Positions 18,441 to 30,472 of a stretch of 64,000 nucleotides of DNA are shown here, in pieces (the first letter of the stretch is position 1; the number at the start of each line of letters is the position of its first letter). The stretch is from positions 1,416 to 65,415 of the forward strand of contig CAWBND010000006.1 of the NCBI GenBank assembly GCA_963790055.1. The letters are read 5' to 3'. The translations under genes and the position numbers were made by a program. This DNA is from an uncultured Bacillaceae bacterium (lineage in GTDB: Bacteria > Bacillota > Bacilli > Bacillales > DSM-1321). Under the pieces are notes generated by a model, which was given only the letters and a program-made list of their open reading frames with translations, was not told the DNA's origin and ran no database searches.

Positions 18441-18643
18441 ACATTTTCCTTAGTTTGTTATATTTTTACACAACGATAATCGGGGGCTTCATTAAAAAAC
18501 GACAAACTTGTTTATATATGCCTATTAATTTACAGTAATAGCTAATTCCTATATAATGACTCTGGTGCAGTAAAAAAGAATCAGTCTATTCCTACTATAT
18601 CCACAACAATCAATAGCGTTATTTTCAAATGGGGGCCTGTCTA

Positions 18644-20368
18644 ATGATGAAAAAAAGCTTGAAAGTTAAATTTTTACTAACTTTTTCCGTATTACTTCTG
18701 GTCACATGCCTTGTTATGAGTATACTTCTTTATCAATCTTCCATGACTTTAGTACAAGATTCTGTCGGCAAACAGGCTGCGAGTACTGTAGAAAATGCAG
18801 CAAAAATCATTGATATGGAGCAGTATAAAAACATAACGATTGACTCAGACGAAACGACCTATTATAGCAAACTACGGGAAGATCTCAACCGAATACGAGA
18901 AATGAACAATATGGAATACTTATTTACGATGTCACGTGAAAAGAATGACAACGGGTATGATTATTATTATATGGTGGATGGTATGCCACTGGGTTCTGAT
19001 GATGCATCAGAGTTAGGGGAAAAAGAAGAGAATGCTGATTCCTATCTGGCTATGAGACGAGCCTTTGAAACTGGAAAAGTAGAATTTGAAATGACAAATG
19101 ACGAAGAATACGGTGCGTTAATATCGGTATTCGCTCCCATTAAAAGTGAAACAGGTGAAATACTAGGAATCATCGGCGCAGATATAGATGCCACTCAGGT
19201 TTATGAAGAAATGGGTGCCAATAAATTCAAAACCGGCATCATTACCCTTCTCATTTTAATCATCGGATTAGGATATATTTATTTTTTCACCAATTATTTA
19301 ACAAAACCTTTGCGGAGATTAACCAAACAAGTAGAGCAAGTTGGAGAAGGGAACTTATCTGTTGTCATCGAAACCGATCGACAAGATGAAATTGGGACAT
19401 TGACAAAAGCGTTCAGCAAAATGGTCCAGGATTTAAGGAATGTGATTGATGGCATCCATTCCAATTCTGTGCAGTTAATGCAGACGTCGGATCAATTATT
19501 CCATAATAGCCAAAAAGCAAGTGAAGTAAGCCTACATATTTCAACTTCCATCAACGAAGTATCAAAAGGTGCGGATACACAATATCAATATTCCGAAGAA
19601 AGCGCCGCTACTTTAGAACAAATCTCGCAAGGCATTGGACAAGTAGCAACGACATCAGCAAATGTTTCTGATTTATCATCCATTAGCTTGCAAAATGCCG
19701 ATCAAGGAAATCGGAGTATCGAAAATGTCATTAACCAAATGAATGTCATCAATCAATCTGTACAATTATCTGTAAACGCTATTAAAACGTTAGAAGAACA
19801 AGCAAATGAAATTTCATCCATTATCAATATGATACGTGCTATCTCCTCCCAAACTAATCTGTTAGCATTAAATGCAGCAATTGAAGCAGCTAGAGCAGGG
19901 GACCATGGAAAAGGATTTGCTGTTGTTGCTGAAGAAGTTCGGAAACTTGCAGAACAGTCGGAGCAATCGACGAATAGCATTTCTCACTTAATCATAACGA
20001 TGAACGAAGATACAAGTCGAAGTGTTGAAGCTATGAACCTTGTAACAGAAAATATGAAAGATGGGATAAAAATAGTTGAGGAAGCCGGAAACTCATTTGA
20101 AAACATCGTAGATTCCATTCAAACGGTGTCTGCACAAATAAAAGAAGTATCCACGACTTTAGAGGAGATGTCTGCTTCCTCAGAAGAATTAGTAGCAACA
20201 GTTGAAGAAACAACAACGTTTGCTAACCAAGCAGCAGATCATACAAAAAAGGTCGCCCAACTCACAGTTGAACAAGAAGCCTATATTGATGATATGTCAG
20301 ACTCCATTACTAGTTTAACAAAAATGGCAAAAGACTTAGATGAATCTATTAAGAAGTTTGTGCTGTAA
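18644..20368 (+). CDS. Methyl-accepting chemotaxis protein
   Basis: Two TMs, [21 protein letters not shown] signature. Confidence 0.95.
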   Translation: MMKKSLKVKFLLTFSVLLLVTCLVMSILLYQSSMTLVQDSVGKQAASTVENAAKIIDMEQYKNITIDSDETTYYSKLREDLNRIREMNNMEYLFTMSREKNDNGYDYYYMVDGMPLGSDDASELGEKEENADSYLAMRRAFETGKVEFEMTNDEEYGALISVFAPIKSETGEILGIIGADIDATQVYEEMGANKFKTGIITLLILIIGLGYIYFFTNYLTKPLRRLTKQVEQVGEGNLSVVIETDRQDEIGTLTKAFSKMVQDLRNVIDGIHSNSVQLMQTSDQLFHNSQKASEVSLHISTSINEVSKGADTQYQYSEESAATLEQISQGIGQVATTSANVSDLSSISLQNADQGNRSIENVINQMNVINQSVQLSVNAIKTLEEQANEISSIINMIRAISSQTNLLALNAAIEAARAGDHGKGFAVVAEEVRKLAEQSEQSTNSISHLIITMNEDTSRSVEAMNLVTENMKDGIKIVEEAGNSFENIVDSIQTVSAQIKEVSTTLEEMSASSEELVATVEETTTFANQAADHTKKVAQLTVEQEAYIDDMSDSITSLTKMAKDLDESIKKFVL

Positions 20369-20439
20369 TATAGCCCAATCAAAAAAATCCCGAAGAATAA
20401 GCTCTCTAAAATAGAGCTCATTCTTCGGGATTTACCATT

Positions 20440-21057
20440 TCATTGTTTAAAAGGAACCAACCTCATCAAAAATCGGTGTCTCTCCTTTAACGAATGTTTA
20501 TATATGTCATTAATAGCCTCTTTATATAACTCTCTTTTTTCTTCTTTCGATAACGGACTGTTTTTAATCGTCATCCTTGCTTCATACAAAAACTCTAAAT
20601 ATTCTTCGTATGAATCATCATATTGTTCTTCTAAATCATCACGGATTTTTTTAGCTAACATTGGGCTTGCTCCACCTGTTGCTACACTGATTAATAATCT
20701 GCCACGATGGAGCGATGCTGGAATGTGAAAATTACCTTGTTCTGAATTCGTAATCACATTTACAAGCTTCGTATCTTTTGTATGTTCATAGATTCTTTGA
20801 TTTACTTCTGCAGAATCAGTAGCGGCAATGATAAGAAAGGCACCCTGAAGATCTTCGTAGTTGACTTCCTTTTTGCGAACATCAATTTTCCCGTCCCTAT
20901 ACAACTCCTCAATCTGGGGTATAATGACTGGACTAATAACGGTAACCAATGCTCTTGCTTGAAGAAGTGGACCTATTTTAAAGAACGCAATCCTTCCACC
21001 ACCGACCACCACACATCGTTTATCTTCTATTTTAAGAGTAACAGGGTACATAAACAC
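20440..21057 (-). CDS. sirC: Precorrin-2 dehydrogenase
   Basis: VVGGGRIA, ISVATGGASP. Confidence 0.88.
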   Translation of the reverse strand: MFMYPVTLKIEDKRCVVVGGGRIAFFKIGPLLQARALVTVISPVIIPQIEELYRDGKIDVRKKEVNYEDLQGAFLIIAATDSAEVNQRIYEHTKDTKLVNVITNSEQGNFHIPASLHRGRLLISVATGGASPMLAKKIRDDLEEQYDDSYEEYLEFLYEARMTIKNSPLSKEEKRELYKEAINDIYKHSLKERHRFLMRLVPFKQ

Positions 21058-21070
21058 CTTGCTCCTTTCC

Positions 21071-21235
21071 TTAGTTGATTAACTCAACATTAGGTTTAGC
21101 GTAGTTTAACAGTTCTTTATTTACTAAGCGATCATACAAAATAACATCCGCTTGCTCAATACATCTTAATCCTTTTACGGTGATTAGTTTGGGGTCCCCT
21201 GGTCCTGCACCGACTAAATACACTTTTCCCATCAT
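21071..21235 (-). pseudogene. cobA: Truncated uroporphyrinogen-III C-methyltransferase (54 aa)
   Basis: [39 protein letters not shown]..., then a stop just before the sirC RBS. Confidence 0.88.
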
Positions 21236-21256
21236 AATTTTTCACCTCTTTTCTTC

Positions 21257-22099
21257 TTAACTCACTCTTGTTGTATGCTCGCTTTCACTTTTGATAAGAG
21301 CTTTTTTCTCTTCTCTTCGATGCGTTACATATAAGGCAAGACCGGTAAATAGTAATCCACCAAAAAGATTCCCAAGCAGCACTGGAATTTGATTCCATAA
21401 CCACCAATCCGCTACTGTAATATCTGCACCAAGCATCATTCCTGCAGGGATGACAAACATATTTACCACCGCATGTTCAAACCCTTGTGCAAAAAACATT
21501 AAAATCGGCAGCCACATCGCAACAATCTTCCCTAATGTGGATATTGAGGTCATCGCCATAACAGCACCCAGAGCGACCATCCAGTTACAAAGAATACCTT
21601 TTACAAAAGCAATAAATAATCCACTAGTACCTAATGCCGAATAGGCTAACGTTTTTGCTTCTGCCACATTGACAAGCTTTTGAGCAACCGCATGATCAGA
21701 TACGGATATGTTCCCTAAATGGGTAGCGGCAATCACATACAATGCTGCATAAAAAGAAGCACCGATTACATGACCCAGAATAACCCAGAACCAGTTCGAC
21801 AACATTTCCTGCCATGTTGCCTTCTTCGCTAAAACGGCTAACGGTACGAGAGCAAAATTACCTGTAACAAGTTCTAAACCAAGAAGAATAATGATGACAA
21901 AACCAGCAGGGAAAACAAGCGCACCTAAAATCCCCATTTGTGATTGTGTTTCAGCCGTAAATGCTAAGGTAGTACCAAAGCCAAGAAGAGCTCCAGCTAA
22001 TCCGCCTCTAATTAATAAATCCCAAATCGAGAGTTTCACTTTTGCAGCGCCTGCCCCGACCATATTTTCTACAACTTGTTCCGGATTCACGTATGACAT
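21257..22099 (-). CDS. Formate/nitrite transporter (NirC-like)
   Basis: ELVTGN, CNWMV, GFEHAVVNM. Confidence 0.92.
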   Translation of the reverse strand: MSYVNPEQVVENMVGAGAAKVKLSIWDLLIRGGLAGALLGFGTTLAFTAETQSQMGILGALVFPAGFVIIILLGLELVTGNFALVPLAVLAKKATWQEMLSNWFWVILGHVIGASFYAALYVIAATHLGNISVSDHAVAQKLVNVAEAKTLAYSALGTSGLFIAFVKGILCNWMVALGAVMAMTSISTLGKIVAMWLPILMFFAQGFEHAVVNMFVIPAGMMLGADITVADWWLWNQIPVLLGNLFGGLLFTGLALYVTHRREEKKALIKSESEHTTRVS

Positions 22100-22410
22100 C
22101 GGACTCCCCCTCCTACTTTATGTTTTATCCTAATTTTCATATATAAGACTTTAGTACTTTTCGCCCGTTTTCATTGTACCATCTTTAACATTTCTTCTAT
22201 ACACCGAATCCCTGCCATACCATTCCCGATTAGCACTATTTTTTGTCCCCCCATCATAAATATCTGCCTTTTCTAGATTCGTATTAGAAGATGCGTTATA
22301 CTGTTTTTAAGCTGTTCATGAAATACGTGAGAGAATCAAATTTTTCTCCATACTCAGTACGTCACGTTATAAAAACAGCGTATTTTAGTTATCGGTAGGA
22401 GTTGACACAT

Positions 22411-23241
22411 TTGAAAAAATTAACAGGTAAACGTATCGCCCTTGTTGCCTCACGTAAAACAGAGGAGCAAAGTACCATTGTGAAAAATCTGGGCGGTATT
22501 CCACTGCTCCGCCCTGCACAAGGAACCGTTTTTCTAAATGATTCTAATGTAAAATCAGAGATTACGAGGATCTTAGAAGGACATTTTGATTGGTTAATTG
22601 TCACTACAGGGGTTGGGACGGAACGGCTCGTGAAGATCGCACGGGAAATGGGGCAGGAAGAGGCATTTCTTACATCTTTAAAAGGGATGAAAATTGCGGC
22701 TCGTGGTTATAAAACCGTAAATATGCTTAGAAAACTCGACCTAACACCAGTCGTTCGTGATGATGATGGTAGTACGGCCGGTTTAGTAAGGGAATTGTCT
22801 CCTTATAATTTTAAAGGATTGCGCGTGGCGCTTCAGCTTCATGGTGATCCTGCACCAAAGCTAGTTCAATGGTTACAGCAGCAGGAAGCTGATTTTCACG
22901 AAATCCTTCCATATCAACATATTCCACCTGAGTCGGAAGTTCTAGAACAGCTTATTACAGAAATACTAGAAGGACAAATCGATGCCGTAAGTTTTACAAG
23001 TACTCCTCAAGTTCGTTTTTTATTTTCCTATGCGGAAGAAATAGGTGTCAAGGATAAAGTGCTAGATGCTTTTTCAAAAGATGCAGTAGCCTTGTCGGTA
23101 GGAAAAGTAACTGGGCAAGCTTTACGAGAGGAAGGCGTGGAGCGAATTGTCATGCCTCAGGATGAACGAATGGGTAGCGCGCTGATGGCGTTAGCCCAGT
23201 ATTATGACGACAAAGAAGATAAAATACAAGAAACTAGATGA
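22411..23241 (+). CDS. Uroporphyrinogen-III synthase-like protein (HemD family)
   Basis: TTGVG, ARGYKT, FTSTPQV; tetrapyrrole gene context. Confidence 0.8.
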   Translation: MKKLTGKRIALVASRKTEEQSTIVKNLGGIPLLRPAQGTVFLNDSNVKSEITRILEGHFDWLIVTTGVGTERLVKIAREMGQEEAFLTSLKGMKIAARGYKTVNMLRKLDLTPVVRDDDGSTAGLVRELSPYNFKGLRVALQLHGDPAPKLVQWLQQQEADFHEILPYQHIPPESEVLEQLITEILEGQIDAVSFTSTPQVRFLFSYAEEIGVKDKVLDAFSKDAVALSVGKVTGQALREEGVERIVMPQDERMGSALMALAQYYDDKEDKIQETR

Positions 23242-23505
23242 TCCAAAAAATCTCCATTTTCAGGCATATACTTGCTTTGAGTACATGCCTGAAGATGAAA
23301 ATGATGGGCTTGTCCCTTTTTCCGAACGGTCATTTCCCCGATACAAATCACCTAACGTTCTATGAATACTTCGCCTTTTCTTCATGACTCAATCATTTCA
23401 TCTCTTTTTCACTAACACTTCCAAAATAATCCTACATTACTTTCAGACAGGTATATAGTATTATAGAATGAGACAGAATTGTGAACTTTAGAAAGGGGGT
23501 ACTAC

Positions 23506-24981
23506 ATGATGGAACAATTACATGCGATTTTTGATTTATTGACCTCCCTCGCTTATTTCTCGATTCCTATTTCTTTATTAGTCTTTTTGAAAAAAAGGAA
23601 GCTCCAAGAGTTTACGTGGGTGTTTATATGTTTTATTCTATTTATCATGCTATGTGGAATTACACACTTAATGCATATCATAGAATATCTTTTTCCAACC
23701 CATTTTATCCATACAATCAATGGAATAGCGAAGGCTTTAACCGCTGCAATATCTGTATTTACAGCCATATTGCTTTGGTTGATTATTCCTAAAGCTTTGC
23801 TCATACCAAGTCCTTCCCAATTGGAGGGAGCAAATCAAATCTTACATAAACGTACGGAAGAAGTTTCTCAAGTAAACCAATTATTAAAGCAAGAGATTAG
23901 GGAACATAAGAATACGACGAATAAAATGCTAGATTTGATTGCGATTGTACAGTCCTCTAATGATGCCATTATTGGCGTTACATTGGATGGAAAGATTTCC
24001 AGTTGGAATTTAGGCGCATCTGAAATTTTTGGATATGCTAGTGAAGAAATTGTCGGGGAATCCTATTTCAAACTCGTTCACTCTGATCAAATAAAGGAAA
24101 TGAAACTAGTCTTTATGGACGTTAAAGAGGGACGAAGAGTATCACATCGTGAAATAAAACATCTCCTCAAGAATGGCACTGTCATTGAGGGCTCACTTAC
24201 GATATCCTCTATCAGATGTACAGAAGATGAACGAGAAATTATTGGAACATCTATCATCCTTCGTGATATCACAGAAACGAAGCAACTCCAAGATGAGATG
24301 AAGAAGCTTGGTGAATTAAAGACAGTAAGTCAAATGGCAGCTAGTATATCCCATGAGGTCAGAAATCCGCTTACTGTAGTAAAGGGATTTAATCAATTAC
24401 TAAGAAATCCTGATCTTACAGAGGAACAAAAGAACCTATATATCCAGTTAAGTTTAGAAGAATTGAATCGAGCAGAAAGTATTATCACGGATTATCTCAC
24501 ATTTGCCAAACCCTCCGTTGAATATTTAGAAAAATTAGAATTAAGTAAAGAGCTTGACTACATTGTACACGTATTAAATCCATATGCCACCATGAGAAAT
24601 ACCGTCATTCAAGTAGAAAAAGAAGATGGTCCTCTTCATATTTTTGGAGAAAGCAGAGAACTTCGTCAATCCCTCTTAAATATTATGAAAAATGGCATTG
24701 AGTCGATGGAACTAGGTGGAACATTAGCCATTCAAGTACAGAAAGTAAAAGAACACGCTGTCATCACTATTAAAGATACAGGAAAAGGTATGTCTAGCGA
24801 ACAAATTGAAAAGTTAGGCACACCGTATTATTCAACTAAGGATAAAGGTACAGGACTCGGAACGATGGTTGCATTTAGTATTATTAAAGCAATGAAAGGC
24901 GAAATTAAAGTTGATAGTAAAATCGGAAAAGGCACCTGTTTTTTCATCTCTATTCCTTTAGTTGACCGCTCTCACACCTAA
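23506..24981 (+). CDS. Sensor histidine kinase: ETR1-type ethylene-binding 3-TM domain, PAS, HisKA and HATPase (sporulation-kinase-like core)
   Basis: DLLTSLAYFSIP...FIMLCGITH...KALTA; SHEVRNPLT H-box; N/G1/F/G2 boxes. Confidence 0.88.
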   Translation: MMEQLHAIFDLLTSLAYFSIPISLLVFLKKRKLQEFTWVFICFILFIMLCGITHLMHIIEYLFPTHFIHTINGIAKALTAAISVFTAILLWLIIPKALLIPSPSQLEGANQILHKRTEEVSQVNQLLKQEIREHKNTTNKMLDLIAIVQSSNDAIIGVTLDGKISSWNLGASEIFGYASEEIVGESYFKLVHSDQIKEMKLVFMDVKEGRRVSHREIKHLLKNGTVIEGSLTISSIRCTEDEREIIGTSIILRDITETKQLQDEMKKLGELKTVSQMAASISHEVRNPLTVVKGFNQLLRNPDLTEEQKNLYIQLSLEELNRAESIITDYLTFAKPSVEYLEKLELSKELDYIVHVLNPYATMRNTVIQVEKEDGPLHIFGESRELRQSLLNIMKNGIESMELGGTLAIQVQKVKEHAVITIKDTGKGMSSEQIEKLGTPYYSTKDKGTGLGTMVAFSIIKAMKGEIKVDSKIGKGTCFFISIPLVDRSHT

Positions 24982-24991
24982 GGTTCAAAAA

Positions 24992-25022
24992 ATTAGACGA
25001 GAGACTAGTTCTCTCGTCTAAT
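24992..25022. terminator. Bidirectional terminator
   Basis: TTAGACGAGAGA...TCTCTCGTCTAA between convergent genes. Confidence 0.7.
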
Positions 25023-25025
25023 GTC

Positions 25026-26435
<1,410 letters not shown>

Positions 26436-26742
26436 TCACTTATAAGCTTTGCGAAGCTGGTCTCACCATCAGGTCTCATAAATGCGTATCCGCTAAAATA
26501 CTTTATGTACTATTCTATTTTTTCTAGAATCCAAATATCCCTGAAATTTACCTAATAACAAGCCATACTCAATACTGTTCGTCAAAAACACCACCATTTC
26601 ACATGTATGTAGTCTAGTTCTACAAAATGATTGGTACTTCCTGTTTTTTAAATTATCTGGAAATCGTTCAAAAACAACAGACAAAATCGTCATCATTTAG
26701 TAGAATTGAATTTGTTGCTGAATCGCCAAGAAAGGAGCACAC

Positions 26743-27783
26743 ATGAAATTCAAACTTAATATACTAGCATTTATCATTTTCAGTTTATTTTTACTTGTTG
26801 CTTGTTCCAATAACAAATATCAGGATGCGATGGACAAAGGAATACAGAGTCTGATAGAAAAAGATTATCATCAGGCAGCTATCCATTTTGAACTAGCCTT
26901 AAAAGAAAATGAAGGGGACAAAGATGCCTCCTCCTACTTTGATCAGGCTACTCAAATGAAGAATGCGATTAGTGCCTACGAACAAAAACAATATGATTCT
27001 GCACTTGATTCGCTTAATGCCGTCATTAGTTATAGAAATGGATTAAAGACCTTGCAGTCAGAGGCGAAACCCCTAAAAGAGCGTATACTTTCAGATAAGA
27101 ATATCACTACTTCTTTTCAAGACAATCTTAAGTTAGTGAAAAGTCTTATCGCAAAAGAAAGCTACAATATAGCAGAAGAGAAAATAAAGCTTTTACAACA
27201 AGATATCGATTCACATAAAATCCTAGCAGACTATGCATCTGAAGTAACTAAACTAGCAGAACAAGTAAATACTGCTTTACATGAAAGTAAACAAGTAAAG
27301 CAAAATGTAGTAAGTAAAAATGAAAATGACTTAACAAGCCAAGAACTCCAACAACAAACGAAAGCAGAACCATTCACCTATCGTTCCTATGTGAATAATC
27401 GTTTTGGATTTTCTATGCAATATCCAGATGGTTTAACAATGGATTCACCGCCAACCAATGGCGATGGAGCAAGATTCTATAATGCGGAGTTTGAAGTGAC
27501 TGCTTATGGTGGTCATACGAATATTGTGAACAATGGGGAAACCATCCAAACCTATTACCAGGAAGCTATCAATAGCATCTCTGGACCCATTGCCTATCAA
27601 AAATTGACCGACGATTGGTATGTCATCTCTTATGAAGAAAATGGACAAATTTTCTATAATAAATTCTTCTTTGGTCAGGAAATTTTCAATGCGTTTTCTA
27701 TTTCCTATCCTGCAAGCACACAAGAAAAATATGGTCCAGTTACAACTCATATTGCTAAAACCTTTCATTCATCTGCCCATTGA
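26743..27783 (+). CDS. Lipoprotein, TPR-like helical N-domain plus C-terminal YxNxRFGF domain
   Basis: Lipobox LVAC. Confidence 0.75.
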   Translation: MKFKLNILAFIIFSLFLLVACSNNKYQDAMDKGIQSLIEKDYHQAAIHFELALKENEGDKDASSYFDQATQMKNAISAYEQKQYDSALDSLNAVISYRNGLKTLQSEAKPLKERILSDKNITTSFQDNLKLVKSLIAKESYNIAEEKIKLLQQDIDSHKILADYASEVTKLAEQVNTALHESKQVKQNVVSKNENDLTSQELQQQTKAEPFTYRSYVNNRFGFSMQYPDGLTMDSPPTNGDGARFYNAEFEVTAYGGHTNIVNNGETIQTYYQEAINSISGPIAYQKLTDDWYVISYEENGQIFYNKFFFGQEIFNAFSISYPASTQEKYGPVTTHIAKTFHSSAH

Positions 27784-27970
27784 GTCAGCAATAAATAAAC
27801 CAATAAAGATATGGTAATGACAGGTGTTCTACGATTAAAAATTTATGTCAAAATTAAAGAACAAGGTAAACAAAAAAGCGACACCTTAAAAATGGTCGTC
27901 GCTTTTTTCATTTTAGCTCAATAGGGGAATGTTTTTACATCATTCTTTTATTAATCGTCTCATCATAAAT

Positions 27971-28243
27971 CTATCGTTGTTTTCTAGGACCTATTAATAA
28001 TTTGATTGCTGTTCTATGTTCGTTATTGATTAAAACATCTGTAAATGCTGGAACAAAAACTAGATTAATACCACTAGGAGCTACGAATCCTCTTGCAATT
28101 GCAATAGCTTTAATCGCTTGATTTAAAGCACCAGCTCCAATTGCTTGAATTTCTGTATTTCCTTTTTCTCTTAATACGCCTGCAATGGCACCTGCAACTG
28201 AATTTGGATTTGATTTTGATGATACTTTTAATACACCATCCAT
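27971..28243 (-). CDS. spoVS: Stage V sporulation protein S
   Basis: LKVSSKSNPNSVAGAIAG, IGAGALNQAIKAIAIARG. Confidence 0.93.
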   Translation of the reverse strand: MDGVLKVSSKSNPNSVAGAIAGVLREKGNTEIQAIGAGALNQAIKAIAIARGFVAPSGINLVFVPAFTDVLINNEHRTAIKLLIGPRKQR

Positions 28244-28402
28244 ATAAATTTTTCCCCCTGTTATTTAATCGCTTGATACGATCACTGGAAAGAATGTAAT
28301 TAACGTACCTTTAATAATATTCAAATTCAAATTAAACAGAACTATTGAACTCATTCCTTTGATACTTTTTTGTTATCCTATCCCTATCGTGTTAAAAAAG
28401 TT

Positions 28403-29278
28403 TTAAACTCCAAATTTTTTCCTATATCCACACTTCCTGCACATTTCTTCAACCGCCTCTCTTCTGGAAAATCCGTCGAAGAGGTTATTGGCTCTTTCTC
28501 CCTCTACAATTTCAGAGAAGGAAGTGCTATTGATATTACCTAAATTAATGACGCCTTCTCCGTCAAGACAACAAGGGACAACCGTTCCGTCGACAAGAAT
28601 GGCTGCTTGACTACGAAGTGCGTGACAAAATCCTTTCCCCTCATCCTCCGGTGCCTGTAAACTTGGCCATTGGAATTCATGGTCCTGATTCAGATAGATT
28701 CGATTTGCCACTTTCACTCCGCTACCTGGTACTACTTTTTCTTCAATCTTGTAATCTAGGTTAAACTCCTTCTCCAAGATTTCTAACGTTTCCCGATTTC
28801 TCCGCTTTTCAGCATTCGTTGCATGATCTTGCTGTAAATTCCATAATCGAAACGAGATAATGACATTCTGTTCTGCCGCTTCACGAGCAAACGAAAGGAT
28901 ATTAGCTACGTATTCTTCTCGATTCGTAGACCCTTCATGTCCATCAAAGCTATGAAGCGAGAAGTTCATTTGGCGTAGCGCCGGTTTGCCCAATAATTTC
29001 TCTCTGTTCTTTTTAATCAGTGTCCCATTGGTCGTTATATTCACCTTAAATCCCTTGGCATGACTGGCATCTAGCAATTCATCAATTCGTGGATGAAGAA
29101 GCGGCTCACCCTTGACATGAAGATAAATATATTTCGTATGCGGTTTAATCTGATCTAATATGTTATTAAATGCATCTAGCTTAATAAGATTCGCCTTGCG
29201 ACTTGTTGGCGGACAAAAGCTACAAGCAAGATTACATACACTCGTAATTTCAACATACACTTTTTTAAAGGTTTTCAA
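28403..29278 (-). CDS. Radical SAM/SPASM(twitch) domain protein
   Basis: CNLACSFC; C-terminal C...PCCLD...CRKC. Confidence 0.9.
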   Translation of the reverse strand: MKTFKKVYVEITSVCNLACSFCPPTSRKANLIKLDAFNNILDQIKPHTKYIYLHVKGEPLLHPRIDELLDASHAKGFKVNITTNGTLIKKNREKLLGKPALRQMNFSLHSFDGHEGSTNREEYVANILSFAREAAEQNVIISFRLWNLQQDHATNAEKRRNRETLEILEKEFNLDYKIEEKVVPGSGVKVANRIYLNQDHEFQWPSLQAPEDEGKGFCHALRSQAAILVDGTVVPCCLDGEGVINLGNINSTSFSEIVEGERANNLFDGFSRREAVEEMCRKCGYRKKFGV

Positions 29279-29414
29279 GATTCGCTCACCATTCCCGTTC
29301 TGTTTTTTTACATGATTCTTCTCATTTTAACAGAAGTTCATGATTTATTGAGGTTTTATTATGATTACACTACTGCTTCTTTTTCCCAATATTTTCTTCA
29401 TTGTCAACCTATCC

Positions 29415-29900
29415 CTACAATGTTTTACTCATATTGTACCAAAGGACTCCGCCATGTTCAGAGCTTGAAACCCCACAGTTACGGTAGCCATGGTTTTCAT
29501 AAAAGTGAATCAAGTCCTCTTTACAAGTGAGTGTAATCGTTTCACGCTTGTTTGCTCTTGCTTCTTTTTCAAGCTGTACCAGTAGCGCTGATGCCACGCC
29601 TCGTTTTCGATAATAAGGCGATACCGCTAATCCTAAAATACTTTGATGACCACCAGATACTGGATTTTCCTTTATATCACTAAATAAGTCATCCGTAATG
29701 AATGCTGATTCGATAACAGGGCCATTGACTAATCCCACGATTGCCTTCTCTTCTTCAGCTACAAAAAAACTATCCGGAATAAGCTGAATTCGCTGTTGGA
29801 ATGCTTCTTTCGTTGCAGCCTCTTCTTTTGTAAAGCAAAGATTTTCAATTGCTACGAGATGGGGCAAGTCTTCCATTTTCACATTGCGTATATGTAACAT
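29415..29900 (-). CDS. GNAT acetyltransferase (AANAT-like)
   Basis: LAVSPYYRKRGVA, FYENHGY. Confidence 0.88.
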   Translation of the reverse strand: MLHIRNVKMEDLPHLVAIENLCFTKEEAATKEAFQQRIQLIPDSFFVAEEEKAIVGLVNGPVIESAFITDDLFSDIKENPVSGGHQSILGLAVSPYYRKRGVASALLVQLEKEARANKRETITLTCKEDLIHFYENHGYRNCGVSSSEHGGVLWYNMSKTL

Positions 29901-30472
29901 TTTCTATATTCCTCCAAAATTAAGCCTATACGTATATTATATGGGATGAAAAATCATTCCTACAAGAATTTAGAGCAAAATTCAGTATGTAAAAATTGGT
30001 TGTGTTGTACATATTTTTTGCATTCTGCGACATCATTTGAAAATATCCATACATACGATGTCCTTTTTAGAGTTGTTTTTATATATTCTGGCGAGGTTTT
30101 TCTTAAAATACAAAAAATTGAAAATTCCTTCATTAAAACTTCTATACTATTTATTTTTGCTGGGTATACGCAACATGTATTCTAACGATGTTTATATTCA
30201 AATATAAATATTAGTCGAACTACGATTTCTATTAGAATTCGCAAGATTAATTGGCAAATTTGCAAGGATCCTATTAAAACAAACAACAAAGACCAGCTCA
30301 TGAACTGGTCCTTGTTGTCATTATTCATCTACAATCACTTGATTTAGCAACTGTTCTGCAAACACAATTGATTCTACTCTTGCCGCAACTTAAATAGGCT
30401 CAATCGTAAACAGATTGAGCCCGCTTGTAACAATTCACTATACCATTTTTTCAACAAATACTCCATGAAAAA

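Noticed and set aside
18558-18575. CTCTGGTGCA resembling an IS6 inverted repeat
   Set aside because: Partial match only, no partner repeat.
28403-29278. RiPP cluster around the radical SAM/SPASM gene
   Set aside because: No precursor peptide, RRE domain, protease or exporter adjacent.
30320-30392. Short minus-strand frame VAARVESIVFAEQLLNQVIVDE* before a terminator
   Set aside because: No start or RBS; possibly a gene-tail relic but cannot be assigned.
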